Source: a virus
Direction: 5' to 3' (one strand)
IMG/VR virus record: IMGVR_UViG_3300021335_000003
Length of the DNA: 64,000 nucleotides
The position numbers were made by a program, and so were the translations under genes. Below, in pieces: positions 20,241 through 30,585 of this stretch. The notes beneath the pieces are model-generated. The model was not told the origin of the DNA and did not search any database. It saw only the letters and a list, made by a program, of their open reading frames with translations. Every line of letters starts with the position of its first letter. Position 1 is the first letter of the stretch.

Positions 20241-21063
20241 AGTTAATAACAGCTACTATAAAAACATTGCTGATGATGTAATATTACATACTGTATCTCA
20301 TCTTACAATTCCATTTGATCAAAAATGGAAAAAAATTGCTGTAAATTTAAGTGGAGGTGCTGATAGCGCATTACTAACATATATATTGTGTAAAATTATA
20401 AAAGAAAATAAATTAGATACTGTAGTAGATATAATTACATATCAAAGGTGTTGGGAAACAAGACCGTGGCAAGGCTATATTAGTAAAAAAGTTTATCATT
20501 GGCTTAAACTTGAATTTCCAAAAATTATAGGAGAACGTTTAACAACTTATATTCCTCCAGAAATTGAACACGGTGTAATAGGTAATATTGTAAATGACAG
20601 AAGTGGCGATCAAATCATTGTAGGTAGTTTTAACAAATTTGCTGCTTGGGAATATAATTTAGATGCTGTATATAATGCTACAAGTAAAAATCCTGATGAT
20701 TTACGTGAAGATCGTATGACCAACAGAGATAAAGATGCCGAAGATGGAAATTTAATGGATTTATGGATGCCTAGTAAAAAAGTAAATGCTACTTTTGTAC
20801 ATCCGTTTAGATTTGTAAAAAAAGATTGGATTGTTGCCCAGTATCATATATTGAATATTTTAGATTTATATAATACTACACGTAGTTGTGAAGGTGATAT
20901 AAATCATCACGATATTGTAAAAAGTGCATGTCCTAGCTTTGATAATTATTTTCCTGGTATGCATGTTCCAGAATGTAAGCAGTGTTGGTGGTGTGAAGAA
21001 AGAAAATGGGCAGAAACTAGAGTTAAAAAAACAATAGAGGAAATAAATGATTATAACAGGTAA
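20233..21063 (+). CDS. Second QueC-like PP-loop ATPase
   Basis: NLSGGADS and TRSCEGD...CKQCWWC motifs; paralog of 18067..18915. Confidence 0.7.
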   Translation: MYEVNNSYYKNIADDVILHTVSHLTIPFDQKWKKIAVNLSGGADSALLTYILCKIIKENKLDTVVDIITYQRCWETRPWQGYISKKVYHWLKLEFPKIIGERLTTYIPPEIEHGVIGNIVNDRSGDQIIVGSFNKFAAWEYNLDAVYNATSKNPDDLREDRMTNRDKDAEDGNLMDLWMPSKKVNATFVHPFRFVKKDWIVAQYHILNILDLYNTTRSCEGDINHHDIVKSACPSFDNYFPGMHVPECKQCWWCEERKWAETRVKKTIEEINDYNR

Positions 21064-21610
21064 CAAAGATTTTGGTGTGGCTGCTGCACTTTACAAATTG
21101 TATCCAGATGCAGAATTTATCAGCAGAGACACAGGATACGATTTTGGCAAAAAATTAGATATGGAACGTTGTGCAGAAGCAGTACTAGCACACGATGTTT
21201 TTGTTAATTGTAGTGCATTGTTTCGATTTAATCAAACTAGTCTGTTAGATATTGTTTATAAAAAATGTGTGCTAGAAAAACATAACTGTCATATTATTAA
21301 TATAGGTAGCACAACAGATAGAGTGAAAAAAGGTGGCGCTTGGCTGTATAATGCAGAAAAGAAAGCATTGCGTGATTATTCAAACACACTAGGATTAACA
21401 GGCGTATGGGCAAGCGGACCTAAAATCAGTTATATCAGTTTTGGTACCTTGGATAATAACCAACACAAACACCCTGATAGAAAATGTATGAATATAGATG
21501 TAGCTGCAAGCTACATTAAATGGATTGTTGATCAACCTAAAAATCTTAATATAAATGAAATAAGTATTGATCCTATGCAACCGGAAATGTGGCATGAAGA
21601 AGATACCTAA
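21047..21610 (+). CDS. Short-chain dehydrogenase/reductase-like protein
   Basis: IITG...FG, IINIGS and catalytic YNAEK (YxxxK). Confidence 0.7.
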   Translation: MIITGNKDFGVAAALYKLYPDAEFISRDTGYDFGKKLDMERCAEAVLAHDVFVNCSALFRFNQTSLLDIVYKKCVLEKHNCHIINIGSTTDRVKKGGAWLYNAEKKALRDYSNTLGLTGVWASGPKISYISFGTLDNNQHKHPDRKCMNIDVAASYIKWIVDQPKNLNINEISIDPMQPEMWHEEDT

Positions 21611-22739
21611 ACATGCATGTGTAATGCCATTCCATCATATGGCAATGCGTCCAGATGGACAGATATTTCCTTGCTGTATATTTAGACAGGAAGAAGTGCC
21701 TGATGATTTGAATGTAGCACACCCTGATCCATTTAATCACGAATATATGAATTGGTTAAGACAAAAAATGCTCAATGATGAGTATGTGCATGGTTGTAAA
21801 AAGTGTTATGAAGATGAAAAACACAGTGCTAGAAGTATGCGAACTGATCTAATATCTCCATGGGGAGGAGATTTTGGATTACCGAGTGAAGAAGAAGGGC
21901 TAGGGCGTGTAAAGAAACTTACAAATATTGATTTAGCATTATCTAATGTGTGTAATAACAAGTGTAGAATGTGTATGCCTCAATTAAGCACACACTGGTA
22001 CAGTGATGCTAAAAAACTAGGTATGGAAATACCCAAAGGTGTTATCACTAACAATACAATTGTTGATTCATATGACTTGAGTGACTTGCGTTTTATCAAA
22101 GTATTAGGCGGTGAACCTATGATGGAGCAAGCAAAACTCAAAAAAGTGCTGAATAAATGCACACTTGAAAATATAACAATATTACTAGTCACAAATGTTA
22201 GTATATTGCCTGATGACGAATTATTGGATTTGCTAAAACAATGTAAAAATGTTAATATTGATTTAAGTATTGATAGTTATGGTAAATTAAATGAATTTTT
22301 ACGTAAAGACAGCAACTGGCAAAATGTATATAACAATATTCAATGGTATAAAGAACATTTTGATAATATAAATGTACATAGTGCTATTAGTGCTTACAAC
22401 GTAAATAAATTACACGAAATAATTAACTTTTGTGTTGAACAAAAACTGTATCATGAATGTGTAGTAGTGGACGGCCCTCAGTGGATGCAACCAAGAAATC
22501 TTCCTAATGAAATAAAATCTTGGCTATTAGATTATTTAGAAGACTTGGAAAATAATACAACTGTAATTTATAAAAAAATTATTAATTTATTAAAAAATGA
22601 AATGAAAACAGATGGCGATTTTGGATTATTTGTCCGTAACGATGCACAATTTAATAAAATAAGGAATGAACATTGGATGGATAAAAACGAAGAATTATGG
22701 AACAGGATTGAAAAACTTATTACACCGGAGTTATTTTAA
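21594..22739 (+). CDS. Radical SAM protein with N-terminal twitch domain
   Basis: CVMPF..PCC..CKKC, then CNNKCRMC and LGGEP. Confidence 0.9.
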   Translation: MKKIPKHACVMPFHHMAMRPDGQIFPCCIFRQEEVPDDLNVAHPDPFNHEYMNWLRQKMLNDEYVHGCKKCYEDEKHSARSMRTDLISPWGGDFGLPSEEEGLGRVKKLTNIDLALSNVCNNKCRMCMPQLSTHWYSDAKKLGMEIPKGVITNNTIVDSYDLSDLRFIKVLGGEPMMEQAKLKKVLNKCTLENITILLVTNVSILPDDELLDLLKQCKNVNIDLSIDSYGKLNEFLRKDSNWQNVYNNIQWYKEHFDNINVHSAISAYNVNKLHEIINFCVEQKLYHECVVVDGPQWMQPRNLPNEIKSWLLDYLEDLENNTTVIYKKIINLLKNEMKTDGDFGLFVRNDAQFNKIRNEHWMDKNEELWNRIEKLITPELF

Positions 22740-24052
22740 TGACAGAAACATTTTGTCCTATACCTTGGATATTTCAAGCAGCTAGATCAAATGGTGATAT
22801 AAGAATTTGTTGTCAAGCTAACATTACAAAAAATCAAGGTGTTATACGTAAGGAAGATGGTAGTGCATATAATGTAGGTATTGACGATCTAAATGAGTCT
22901 CGTAACGCTGACCTTATGAAAAATGTTAGACTTAATATGTTAAATGGTATATGGAGCGACGAATGTGGACGTTGTAAAAACGAAGAACTCAATGGATTAA
23001 GCAGCAGGCGAAAATACGAAGAAAAAAATTGGCCTAATTTTACATTTGATAAAGCTAAAAGTATAACAAATGCAGATGGCAGTATTGATACCAACAAAAA
23101 TCCTGTTCAATATTATGATTTACGTTTTGGAAATTTTTGTAATTTAAAATGTCGTATGTGTGGTCCAACTGATAGTGACACGTGGTATGAAGATTGGGAA
23201 AAACTTACAGGAAAAACAACTTATAAAGAAACTAGCGGTGAAGTACAAATATATCGTAAAGGAAACAAACTTGTTTCTGATGCATACAATTGGGTACATA
23301 ACGACAGTTTTTGGAAACAATTATATAATAATGTGCAAAATATAGAACATGTATATTTTGCAGGTGGAGAACCTATGCTTATAGATAGGCATTACGATTT
23401 TTTACAACATTGCATTGATACCGACAGCGCAAAAAATATCATAGTCGAATATAATACAAATATGAGCACATTGCCTCCGAGAGTAATTGATATGTGGAAG
23501 CAGTTTAAACAAGTTAGAGTAGGTGCTAGTATAGATGGAATGGGTAAAGTATTGGAATATCAACGTAATCCTGCCAAATGGAGTAAGTTACTAAAAAATT
23601 TATATACATTAGATGCATCATCGCCAAATATTGTTGCTTGGTTAGCATTTACAGTGACAGCATACAATGTGAATCATATGGTATATTTTATGAAATGGAA
23701 ACTTATGGAGAGCGGTTTTAAAAAACTTAACTGTTTTAAAGGCAAACCTATTATCACTTTCCACATGGCACATCATCCTAAACACTTAAATATCCGTGTG
23801 CTACCAGATGAACTAAAAAACAAGGTAACAGAAAATTTTGATAGATTTGTTGATTGGATTGAAACTTCTGATTTTCCTGAAAACACTAAAAATAAAGCTA
23901 AAGACATACGCAATAGCATAGTAAGTTATATGACAAGCGAAAGCTATTATAAAGAGTATTGGGATTATTTTAAGCAATATACCAATACTTTAGACAAAAT
24001 TAGAGCTGAAAGTTTAATTGATGTAGAACCTATATTTAAGGATTATATTTAA
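22739..24052 (+). CDS. Radical SAM protein with N-terminal twitch domain
   Basis: FCPIPW..ICC..CGRC, then CNLKCRMC and FAGGEP. Confidence 0.9.
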   Translation: MTETFCPIPWIFQAARSNGDIRICCQANITKNQGVIRKEDGSAYNVGIDDLNESRNADLMKNVRLNMLNGIWSDECGRCKNEELNGLSSRRKYEEKNWPNFTFDKAKSITNADGSIDTNKNPVQYYDLRFGNFCNLKCRMCGPTDSDTWYEDWEKLTGKTTYKETSGEVQIYRKGNKLVSDAYNWVHNDSFWKQLYNNVQNIEHVYFAGGEPMLIDRHYDFLQHCIDTDSAKNIIVEYNTNMSTLPPRVIDMWKQFKQVRVGASIDGMGKVLEYQRNPAKWSKLLKNLYTLDASSPNIVAWLAFTVTAYNVNHMVYFMKWKLMESGFKKLNCFKGKPIITFHMAHHPKHLNIRVLPDELKNKVTENFDRFVDWIETSDFPENTKNKAKDIRNSIVSYMTSESYYKEYWDYFKQYTNTLDKIRAESLIDVEPIFKDYI

Positions 24053-25188
24053 TGAGTTTTGATACAGTTGATTTATTAACAGGCAAAGTTTTCCAAGTTA
24101 CTTGGGACTTAGGAAGACGTTGTAATTATGATTGTAGTTATTGTCCTGCACATAGGCACGATAACTTTAGTCCTCACGCTAGTTTAGATGAACTTAAAAG
24201 TGCTGTAGATTTTTTATTTGAATATATTGACACCTATATGGAAAAACGTAGCTATAAACACACAAGTATTAGTTTTACAGGTGGAGAACCGACAGTCAAT
24301 CCAAATTTTATTCCTTTTGTAAAATATTTAAAAGAAGAATACGAAGCCAAGTATAAAGATAAATGGGCTTGTGGTTTTGCTCTTACAAGTAATGGTGCAA
24401 TGAGCGCAAAAATGGCTGATGCAGTAATGGAAAATTTAGGACACATTACAGTTAGCTATCACGCAGAAAGTGATAACAAACTTAAACAACAAGTACGTGA
24501 TAGAATAAAACAATTTCATGATGCAGATTTTAGTATTAGTTGTAATGTAATGTTTCATGCAGCGTATTTTGACGAATGTAAAGATTTGTGTGATTATCTA
24601 CATGATTTAGGTGTGAAATATGTTCCTAGAATTATTGGCGAAGAGCCAGACAGCAAAAGTAATTTTGCACATATGTACACTGATGAACAATTAGATTATA
24701 TGAAAAATTATTGGACATATAAAAATGCAGAATTAAATGAAACAAAAGAAGAAGCTGCTGTTTTAAGTGCTGCCGGAGAAAAAACTAGTGAAAAGAAAAA
24801 ACTAGGTATGACAATTGGACGTCCTTGTTGCGGAAGTAGAGAAATGTGCTTGAGTTTGAACGGTGAAAGTCGTAAAAGCACCTTTGTTGATTTGAGAGAA
24901 TTTAAAGGATGGCATTGTAGTGTAAATTATTTCTTTTTACATCTCGAACAACAAACAGATAGTGTTTATCATCATCAAACTTGCCAAGCTCGCTTTGATC
25001 AAACTCGAGGTCCTATTGGCAAAATTAGTGAAGGCGCAAAAATTTTATCAGATCTTAAAGAAAAAATGAACAACAACACTTTGCCTACAATTATATGTCC
25101 TAAACACACTTGTGGTTGTGGTTTGTGTGCACCAAAAAGCAAATACGAAGAAAATTATAACAAGGTAATGGAAAACCATATTTTATGA
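24052..25188 (+). CDS. Radical SAM protein with C-terminal Cys-rich domain
   Basis: CNYDCSYC and FTGGEP; C-terminal GWHC..TC..CPKHTCGCGLC. Confidence 0.9.
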   Translation: MSFDTVDLLTGKVFQVTWDLGRRCNYDCSYCPAHRHDNFSPHASLDELKSAVDFLFEYIDTYMEKRSYKHTSISFTGGEPTVNPNFIPFVKYLKEEYEAKYKDKWACGFALTSNGAMSAKMADAVMENLGHITVSYHAESDNKLKQQVRDRIKQFHDADFSISCNVMFHAAYFDECKDLCDYLHDLGVKYVPRIIGEEPDSKSNFAHMYTDEQLDYMKNYWTYKNAELNETKEEAAVLSAAGEKTSEKKKLGMTIGRPCCGSREMCLSLNGESRKSTFVDLREFKGWHCSVNYFFLHLEQQTDSVYHHQTCQARFDQTRGPIGKISEGAKILSDLKEKMNNNTLPTIICPKHTCGCGLCAPKSKYEENYNKVMENHIL

Positions 25189-25817
25189 ACTTCAAAGAAA
25201 TACAAAAACTAGATTCATATTTTGTTGTTTATGCATTAATTGCCGGTCATTGGAAAGGCAGAACTTGTATAGATGTTGGTTTAAATGACAGAAAGTATCT
25301 AAGTTTTTGGCAACCTATGTTTGAAAAAATTATAGGTTATGAACCAAATCCGTGGTGTAATATAGATACAAGTGAAAGTAAATATGATGATTGTGTAGTA
25401 CACAAAAAAGCAATTAGTAATTATACTGGAGAAGCTATACTTTATTGTAATATGGATGATAGTGGGTATTCTACATTAGAAGATTATACTAAACTTAATT
25501 TTGGAAATAATTGGAAAAAAATAAAACAAATAGAAGTAGAAGTTACCACATTGGACAATGAACATTACAATAAAACATCAGATATAGATTTTATAAAAAT
25601 TGATATAGAACAGCATGATAATTATGCATTGTTGGGTGCAGAAAAAATTATCAAACAATGCAGTCCTTTGGTTCATGTAGAACATTTTGATTCTTATACC
25701 CGTGATATTTTCAAAACTTTTAACTATATAAGTTTTGTACCTTATGATAAGAGATTAGGTTTATGGGGAATTCCAAAAGAAAAATCACATTTTTTTGAAA
25801 GATGGACAAAAAAATAA
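25185..25817 (+). CDS. FkbM-family methyltransferase
   Basis: IDVG, GYEPNP, TTLD and DFIKIDIE motifs. Confidence 0.8.
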   Translation: MNFKEIQKLDSYFVVYALIAGHWKGRTCIDVGLNDRKYLSFWQPMFEKIIGYEPNPWCNIDTSESKYDDCVVHKKAISNYTGEAILYCNMDDSGYSTLEDYTKLNFGNNWKKIKQIEVEVTTLDNEHYNKTSDIDFIKIDIEQHDNYALLGAEKIIKQCSPLVHVEHFDSYTRDIFKTFNYISFVPYDKRLGLWGIPKEKSHFFERWTKK

Positions 25818-25821
25818 AATT

Positions 25822-26844
25822 ATGCAATACGTGGATAAGAATAACTTATTTGAAATTCAAATAGATGTAACTAGCTATTGCAATAGTTATTGTGGTGCTT
25901 GTGTTAGAAATATAAAAGGCGGTCCTGTTAATCCAAACGTTATATTAGAGCATATTGATTGGAATGTTTGGAAAGATATTTGTACTTTTTGTGGCGAAAA
26001 CAATGTCAAGCTAATGACATTTAATGGCAACTTTGGAGATATTTCTAGTCATCCTAATTATATTGAAATGTTAGAATATCTATATAAAAAAACAAAAAAG
26101 ATTAAATTAAATATTCACACAAATGGAGGTGCGAGATCGGAAAAATTTTGGAAAGATTTAGCTGGTTGTGTTAAAAAATTTCCTTCATCTATTGTAACTT
26201 TTAGTATAGATGGATTAGAAGATACTAATCATATATATCGTCGAGGTACAGATTTTTCAAAAATTATTCATAACATGACCGCATATATAAAAAGCGGTGG
26301 TTTAGCTCGATGGAGAATGATTGTATTTGATCATAATAAACATCAAATTCAACAAGCAAGTGATCTTGCAAAAAAACTAGGATGCTACGCTTTTTCTTTG
26401 AATAGAAGTTTTGATACTAATATCGAAGTAATGCAATACAGAACCTTTGATGCAGGATATATTACTTCTCCTAATCACGATGAAGTAAAAGTTTTATCAG
26501 CAAAATTTGATTGGGAACTGAAATTAGATCAAGAAATGTCACAATACAAAGGTTTAGAAAAAAATGATACGTTATGTCCTTGGCAACAAGATAAAAAAAT
26601 TCAAATTAATCAAATAGGAGAGGTATGGCCTTGTTGTTATTATAGTATGCACACAGGACGCCCTAACGATAGACGTAGATTTATTTGGTTTGATGAGCAA
26701 TTAAAACAATACCAAGAACATTTTAATAATATTAAATTTTATAAATTATCTCAAATTCTTGAGCATGAATTTTTTACTAAAGATTTGCAATATAGTTTTA
26801 AAAATAGTAAAATGGGATTATGTAAAGAGAAATGTGGAGTGTAA
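25822..26844 (+). CDS. Radical SAM protein with C-terminal SPASM/twitch domain
   Basis: CNSYCGAC, NGNFGD, FSIDG, WPCCY and CKEKC motifs; paralog of 13755 and 14831. Confidence 0.9.
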   Translation: MQYVDKNNLFEIQIDVTSYCNSYCGACVRNIKGGPVNPNVILEHIDWNVWKDICTFCGENNVKLMTFNGNFGDISSHPNYIEMLEYLYKKTKKIKLNIHTNGGARSEKFWKDLAGCVKKFPSSIVTFSIDGLEDTNHIYRRGTDFSKIIHNMTAYIKSGGLARWRMIVFDHNKHQIQQASDLAKKLGCYAFSLNRSFDTNIEVMQYRTFDAGYITSPNHDEVKVLSAKFDWELKLDQEMSQYKGLEKNDTLCPWQQDKKIQINQIGEVWPCCYYSMHTGRPNDRRRFIWFDEQLKQYQEHFNNIKFYKLSQILEHEFFTKDLQYSFKNSKMGLCKEKCGV

Positions 26845-26845
26845 T

Positions 26846-27514
26846 ATGAAAGTTGTCTGTGTTGGATGTAGTTTTACTGATGGTTTATTACAATATCAAA
26901 CTAAACATCATGGAACATATCCATACATATTAGGTAGATTGTTACCTGAAGCAACTATATATAATCTTGGACATAAAGGAAGTGATAATTTATTTTCTTT
27001 AATTATGATAGAACAAGCAATAAAAGAAATTCAACCAGATGTTATTGTAAGGCAAGTTGCAAGTCCTCAAAGATTTTTTATTGTGAAACCAGATATAAAT
27101 GTTAATTTTTTTGATTTTGTAAAAAATATAGTTCTAAACTATAATGCATTAGATAAAAAAAAGTTACAACATTTTATAAATTTTTTTACTCCTACTACCG
27201 GTGTAGGAAAATTATATGATGAAAAAACGCAAGACAACCTAAGAAATATGCATTATAGGTATCATAATCTTATGTTATCTCAATATCAAACTGACGCATA
27301 TTTAAATTACGGTGATATTTTAATGGAACAAAATAAAATCAAGAATGTTACTTTTTCATGGTTAAAAAACAATAAGTACAAAGACTGTGTTTCTATAGAA
27401 GAAACAATAGGATTTAATAAAAATTACTTTTGCGACCCACAAGGGCATTTTAATGCAGAAGGTAACGCATTAGTAGCAGAGCAAGTAAAAAATATGATAA
27501 TGGAAAAAAGATGA
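26846..27514 (+). CDS. SGNH/GDSL-like protein
   Basis: VGCSFT block I, NLGHKGSDN block II, and DPQGHFN. Confidence 0.6.
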   Translation: MKVVCVGCSFTDGLLQYQTKHHGTYPYILGRLLPEATIYNLGHKGSDNLFSLIMIEQAIKEIQPDVIVRQVASPQRFFIVKPDINVNFFDFVKNIVLNYNALDKKKLQHFINFFTPTTGVGKLYDEKTQDNLRNMHYRYHNLMLSQYQTDAYLNYGDILMEQNKIKNVTFSWLKNNKYKDCVSIEETIGFNKNYFCDPQGHFNAEGNALVAEQVKNMIMEKR

Positions 27515-28680
27515 CAAAAGAAAAACAATTTGAATGTGGATTTTTATCTTCAGGTATATGGATAGGACCTGGAGCAAAAAATGTTATGCCCTGTTGTCAT
27601 GTTAGTAAATTTGGTAATAGAAATAGTTTTGAAGAATTTGATAGTTTAATAAATCATCCTTCTCTTGTTGCAGTAAGAAAAGAAGCAGCACAAGGAAAAA
27701 TACCTTCGATATGTAATGATTGCGTATCAAAAGAAAAAGACGGTTTGTTTTCTCCTAGAAATAAAGCAAATAAATTTTTTAGTAATAAAGGCGTTGTAAA
27801 AGAAATCATCGATTATACCGATGTAGAGCAAATTTATGTAAGTCTTTCAAACATTTGTAATTTTAAATGTGTTATGTGCAGTGGAGGTCAAAGTCATTTA
27901 ATCGCTAAAGAAAGAAGTGCAGACTCTATTAGAGATCCTTTGTTAATGGTTAATGATGATAAATTTGAACAATTTATTGATGTTATAAAAAAAGCAAAAA
28001 ATCTTAAAAATATTCAAGTTACAGGTGGCGAACCATTTCAACATAAAATTAGACTACGTAAATTATTAGAACATTTACCTAAAGACATATATTTTTATAT
28101 GCACACCAATGGAAGTTTTTTTGATAAAGAAACACAGGAATTGTGTAAGATGATGGAAAGTTTTAGAGAGGCATCTGTAATTTTTAGTGTTGATGGTTAT
28201 GAGAATTCTTTTGAATATCAAAGAACAAATGGTGTATGGAAAGACGTTTTGTATAATCTTGAACAATTCAATAAAGTAATTGACACAACAAAAGTAAAAC
28301 CTAGATTAGGATATACAGTAACGTGTTTTAATGTAATTGATGTAGTAAATTTTATTAAAAATTATCATTATCTTTTTGACAGACTAGATTTTCATCCAAT
28401 AAGAAAACCTGAAGAATATGTGATTGGAATGTTAAACCAAGATACATTAGAAAAAACTTATGACGAATTGAAAAACTTTTTACAAAACATTAACGATGAT
28501 GTAAAAAATAAAATTCATGTAAAAGAAGTTTTAGTAAATTTAGAAAATTACATAAACAATAACGTTTCTGAGACTAATATTGAACAGTTTTGGAAAACCG
28601 CCAAATATATGACAGAAGTAAGAGGTATCAATTTAGAAACAAAATTGCCTTCTTTAATAAAAAAATTAAGGACAGTATAA
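27511..28680 (+). CDS. Radical SAM protein with N-terminal twitch domain
   Basis: C..MPCC..CNDC, then CNFKCVMC and TGGEP. Confidence 0.9.
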   Translation: MTKEKQFECGFLSSGIWIGPGAKNVMPCCHVSKFGNRNSFEEFDSLINHPSLVAVRKEAAQGKIPSICNDCVSKEKDGLFSPRNKANKFFSNKGVVKEIIDYTDVEQIYVSLSNICNFKCVMCSGGQSHLIAKERSADSIRDPLLMVNDDKFEQFIDVIKKAKNLKNIQVTGGEPFQHKIRLRKLLEHLPKDIYFYMHTNGSFFDKETQELCKMMESFREASVIFSVDGYENSFEYQRTNGVWKDVLYNLEQFNKVIDTTKVKPRLGYTVTCFNVIDVVNFIKNYHYLFDRLDFHPIRKPEEYVIGMLNQDTLEKTYDELKNFLQNINDDVKNKIHVKEVLVNLENYINNNVSETNIEQFWKTAKYMTEVRGINLETKLPSLIKKLRTV

Positions 28681-29447
28681 TGAATTTTGATAAAATAGTA
28701 TTATTAGGAACAAGTCATACTTTACCAGAATTCAATTCTATTCAAACTGAAGTAACTGAAAATTTTGATATAGAATTTGATAATCACGCTGTAAGTTCTT
28801 TAGGAATTGATAGTTATTTTTTAAGAATGCAAATGATTTTTGAAAATAACAAAGAAAAAAAATTATTACTACTTGCAGAAATTCCATGTGGTGGAAGGTA
28901 TCATGAATTTTATCATAATAATGATAAAGATTATTCAAAATGGAGTATGCTAAAAAAAGAGTTTTGGGGTATTCACGGAGAATATTGTACATTAAAACAT
29001 GGAAAATATCCTAATTACATTACATATTTTAATGTAGCTAAATTATTTAATGCTAAACATACTTTAGTAGATTCATCGATTACAAAAGCACTTTTAAAAC
29101 TCAAAACTTTATCTGATAGGCGTATGGAAGACGAAAATTCTGTTGCACAAATTTTAGCTTTAAATGCATTTGCCAAAAATACAGGAAATGAAATAATTTG
29201 GTTTAGTTTTAACAATCATCTTATTAAGGAAAAACAGGTAAAAAAAGATTTTGAAAAATATTCAGTTAATCTTGTAACAAAAATTGTTTTAGAAGAATGC
29301 TTATGTGAAAAGTATGGATACAATGACGTCATAGAAATGAAAAAAAATTCTGAAATATATCCCGATGGTAGTCACATCACAAGACAGGATTGGAAATTTT
29401 TAGCAAATAAATTTTTTATACCTTTGCTAAAAGATAAATTGACGTAA
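28680..29447 (+). CDS. SGNH-like protein
   Basis: LLGTSHT block I and C-terminal PDGSH. Confidence 0.5.
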   Translation: MNFDKIVLLGTSHTLPEFNSIQTEVTENFDIEFDNHAVSSLGIDSYFLRMQMIFENNKEKKLLLLAEIPCGGRYHEFYHNNDKDYSKWSMLKKEFWGIHGEYCTLKHGKYPNYITYFNVAKLFNAKHTLVDSSITKALLKLKTLSDRRMEDENSVAQILALNAFAKNTGNEIIWFSFNNHLIKEKQVKKDFEKYSVNLVTKIVLEECLCEKYGYNDVIEMKKNSEIYPDGSHITRQDWKFLANKFFIPLLKDKLT

Positions 29448-29467
29448 GTAAGAATAGATGTTATAAT
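29439..29467 (+). promoter_or_regulatory. sigma70 promoter TTGACG-N17-TATAAT (probably leaderless transcript)
   Basis: The -10 ends at 29467 and the ATG is at 29473, with no SD sequence. Confidence 0.7.
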
Positions 29468-29472
29468 TAAGA

Positions 29473-30585
29473 ATGAACGAAAATTTAAAATGGTCAAATT
29501 ATGACTTCACTAAAATACCGTTTGATGATATTGTCAGTGTTGGCCAACGTACTCTTTTGTATCGTGATATATTTACAGTATCTTGGTTGTTAGGCAGATT
29601 TTGTAACTATAGATGTAGTTACTGCTGGCCCTATGCAAGAAGTGATAGGAAAGATCATAGACCAACTGAATTATGTTTAAAAACAATTGATGAAATAAAA
29701 AGGCAAGCACGTGAAAACAGTTTTAACAGTTTCCATTTTAGCCTTAGTGGCGGCGAGCCAACTTTCCATCCTGGTTACTTAGATATTTTACAGCATCTTG
29801 CCGATGATGTTGATAATACCAATTATACCTCTGTCCATATGACATCAAACTGTAGCCGTCCAATGAGTTGGTTTGAAGATTATGTAGAACGTGTAAAGCT
29901 ATTTCATAGAGCAAGTATTACAGCCAGCCTACATACAGAACACTTAAATACTCGTGAGAAGATGCAAGACTTTGCAGACAAGTTGATATTGTGTCAGGAG
30001 CATGATGTACAGGTTACGATCAATATGGTTATGGTTCCGGACTGGTTTGAGCGTGATTGGGAAAACGCTCTATTCTTTCATGAGCAAGGTATTAATGTCA
30101 CCCTTAAACCGCAGTCCGACCCTACGGCGTCAAGAATCGTTGAAGGATACAAAGAAGAAGATTTGAAACGTTTATGGAATGGTATGCCACAACGTGCATA
30201 CACAGAAAGCAAACGTGTATGGGCAGAACGTCCAAAGCCAAAGTTTGAAATACCCAAAGATGCATATCACAAACCAGATGCAAGTGTTCCATGGCATTTC
30301 CAAGTAGAGTTTAGAGACAAAGACGGTAAAGCATGGTATATGGATCAAGCAGAACGTTTTAATGCTTTCAACTTTAACAAGTTTAAAGGCTGGAGTTGTA
30401 ATGCTGGTTATCAAGGTATTATCATTCGTGAGCCTGATGGTAGTGTAAAACGTTCATACAGTTGCCATGATGTTCCAATTGGCAATATAGAAACTGGATT
30501 TAAACTATTTGATAAACCAATGCCTTGTATTACAGAAAGTTGTGTAAGTAGTGCAGATAGTAAAATACCAAAAAGAAAGTTATAA
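29473..30585 (+). CDS. Radical SAM protein with C-terminal twitch domain
   Basis: CNYRCSYC and LSGGEP; GWSC..SC..CITESC; paralog of 24052. Confidence 0.9.
   Translation: MNENLKWSNYDFTKIPFDDIVSVGQRTLLYRDIFTVSWLLGRFCNYRCSYCWPYARSDRKDHRPTELCLKTIDEIKRQARENSFNSFHFSLSGGEPTFHPGYLDILQHLADDVDNTNYTSVHMTSNCSRPMSWFEDYVERVKLFHRASITASLHTEHLNTREKMQDFADKLILCQEHDVQVTINMVMVPDWFERDWENALFFHEQGINVTLKPQSDPTASRIVEGYKEEDLKRLWNGMPQRAYTESKRVWAERPKPKFEIPKDAYHKPDASVPWHFQVEFRDKDGKAWYMDQAERFNAFNFNKFKGWSCNAGYQGIIIREPDGSVKRSYSCHDVPIGNIETGFKLFDKPMPCITESCVSSADSKIPKRKL

Noticed and set aside
18067-21063. Assigning the gene symbol queC
   Set aside because: Two divergent paralogs outside the que operon; orthology cannot be established from motifs alone.
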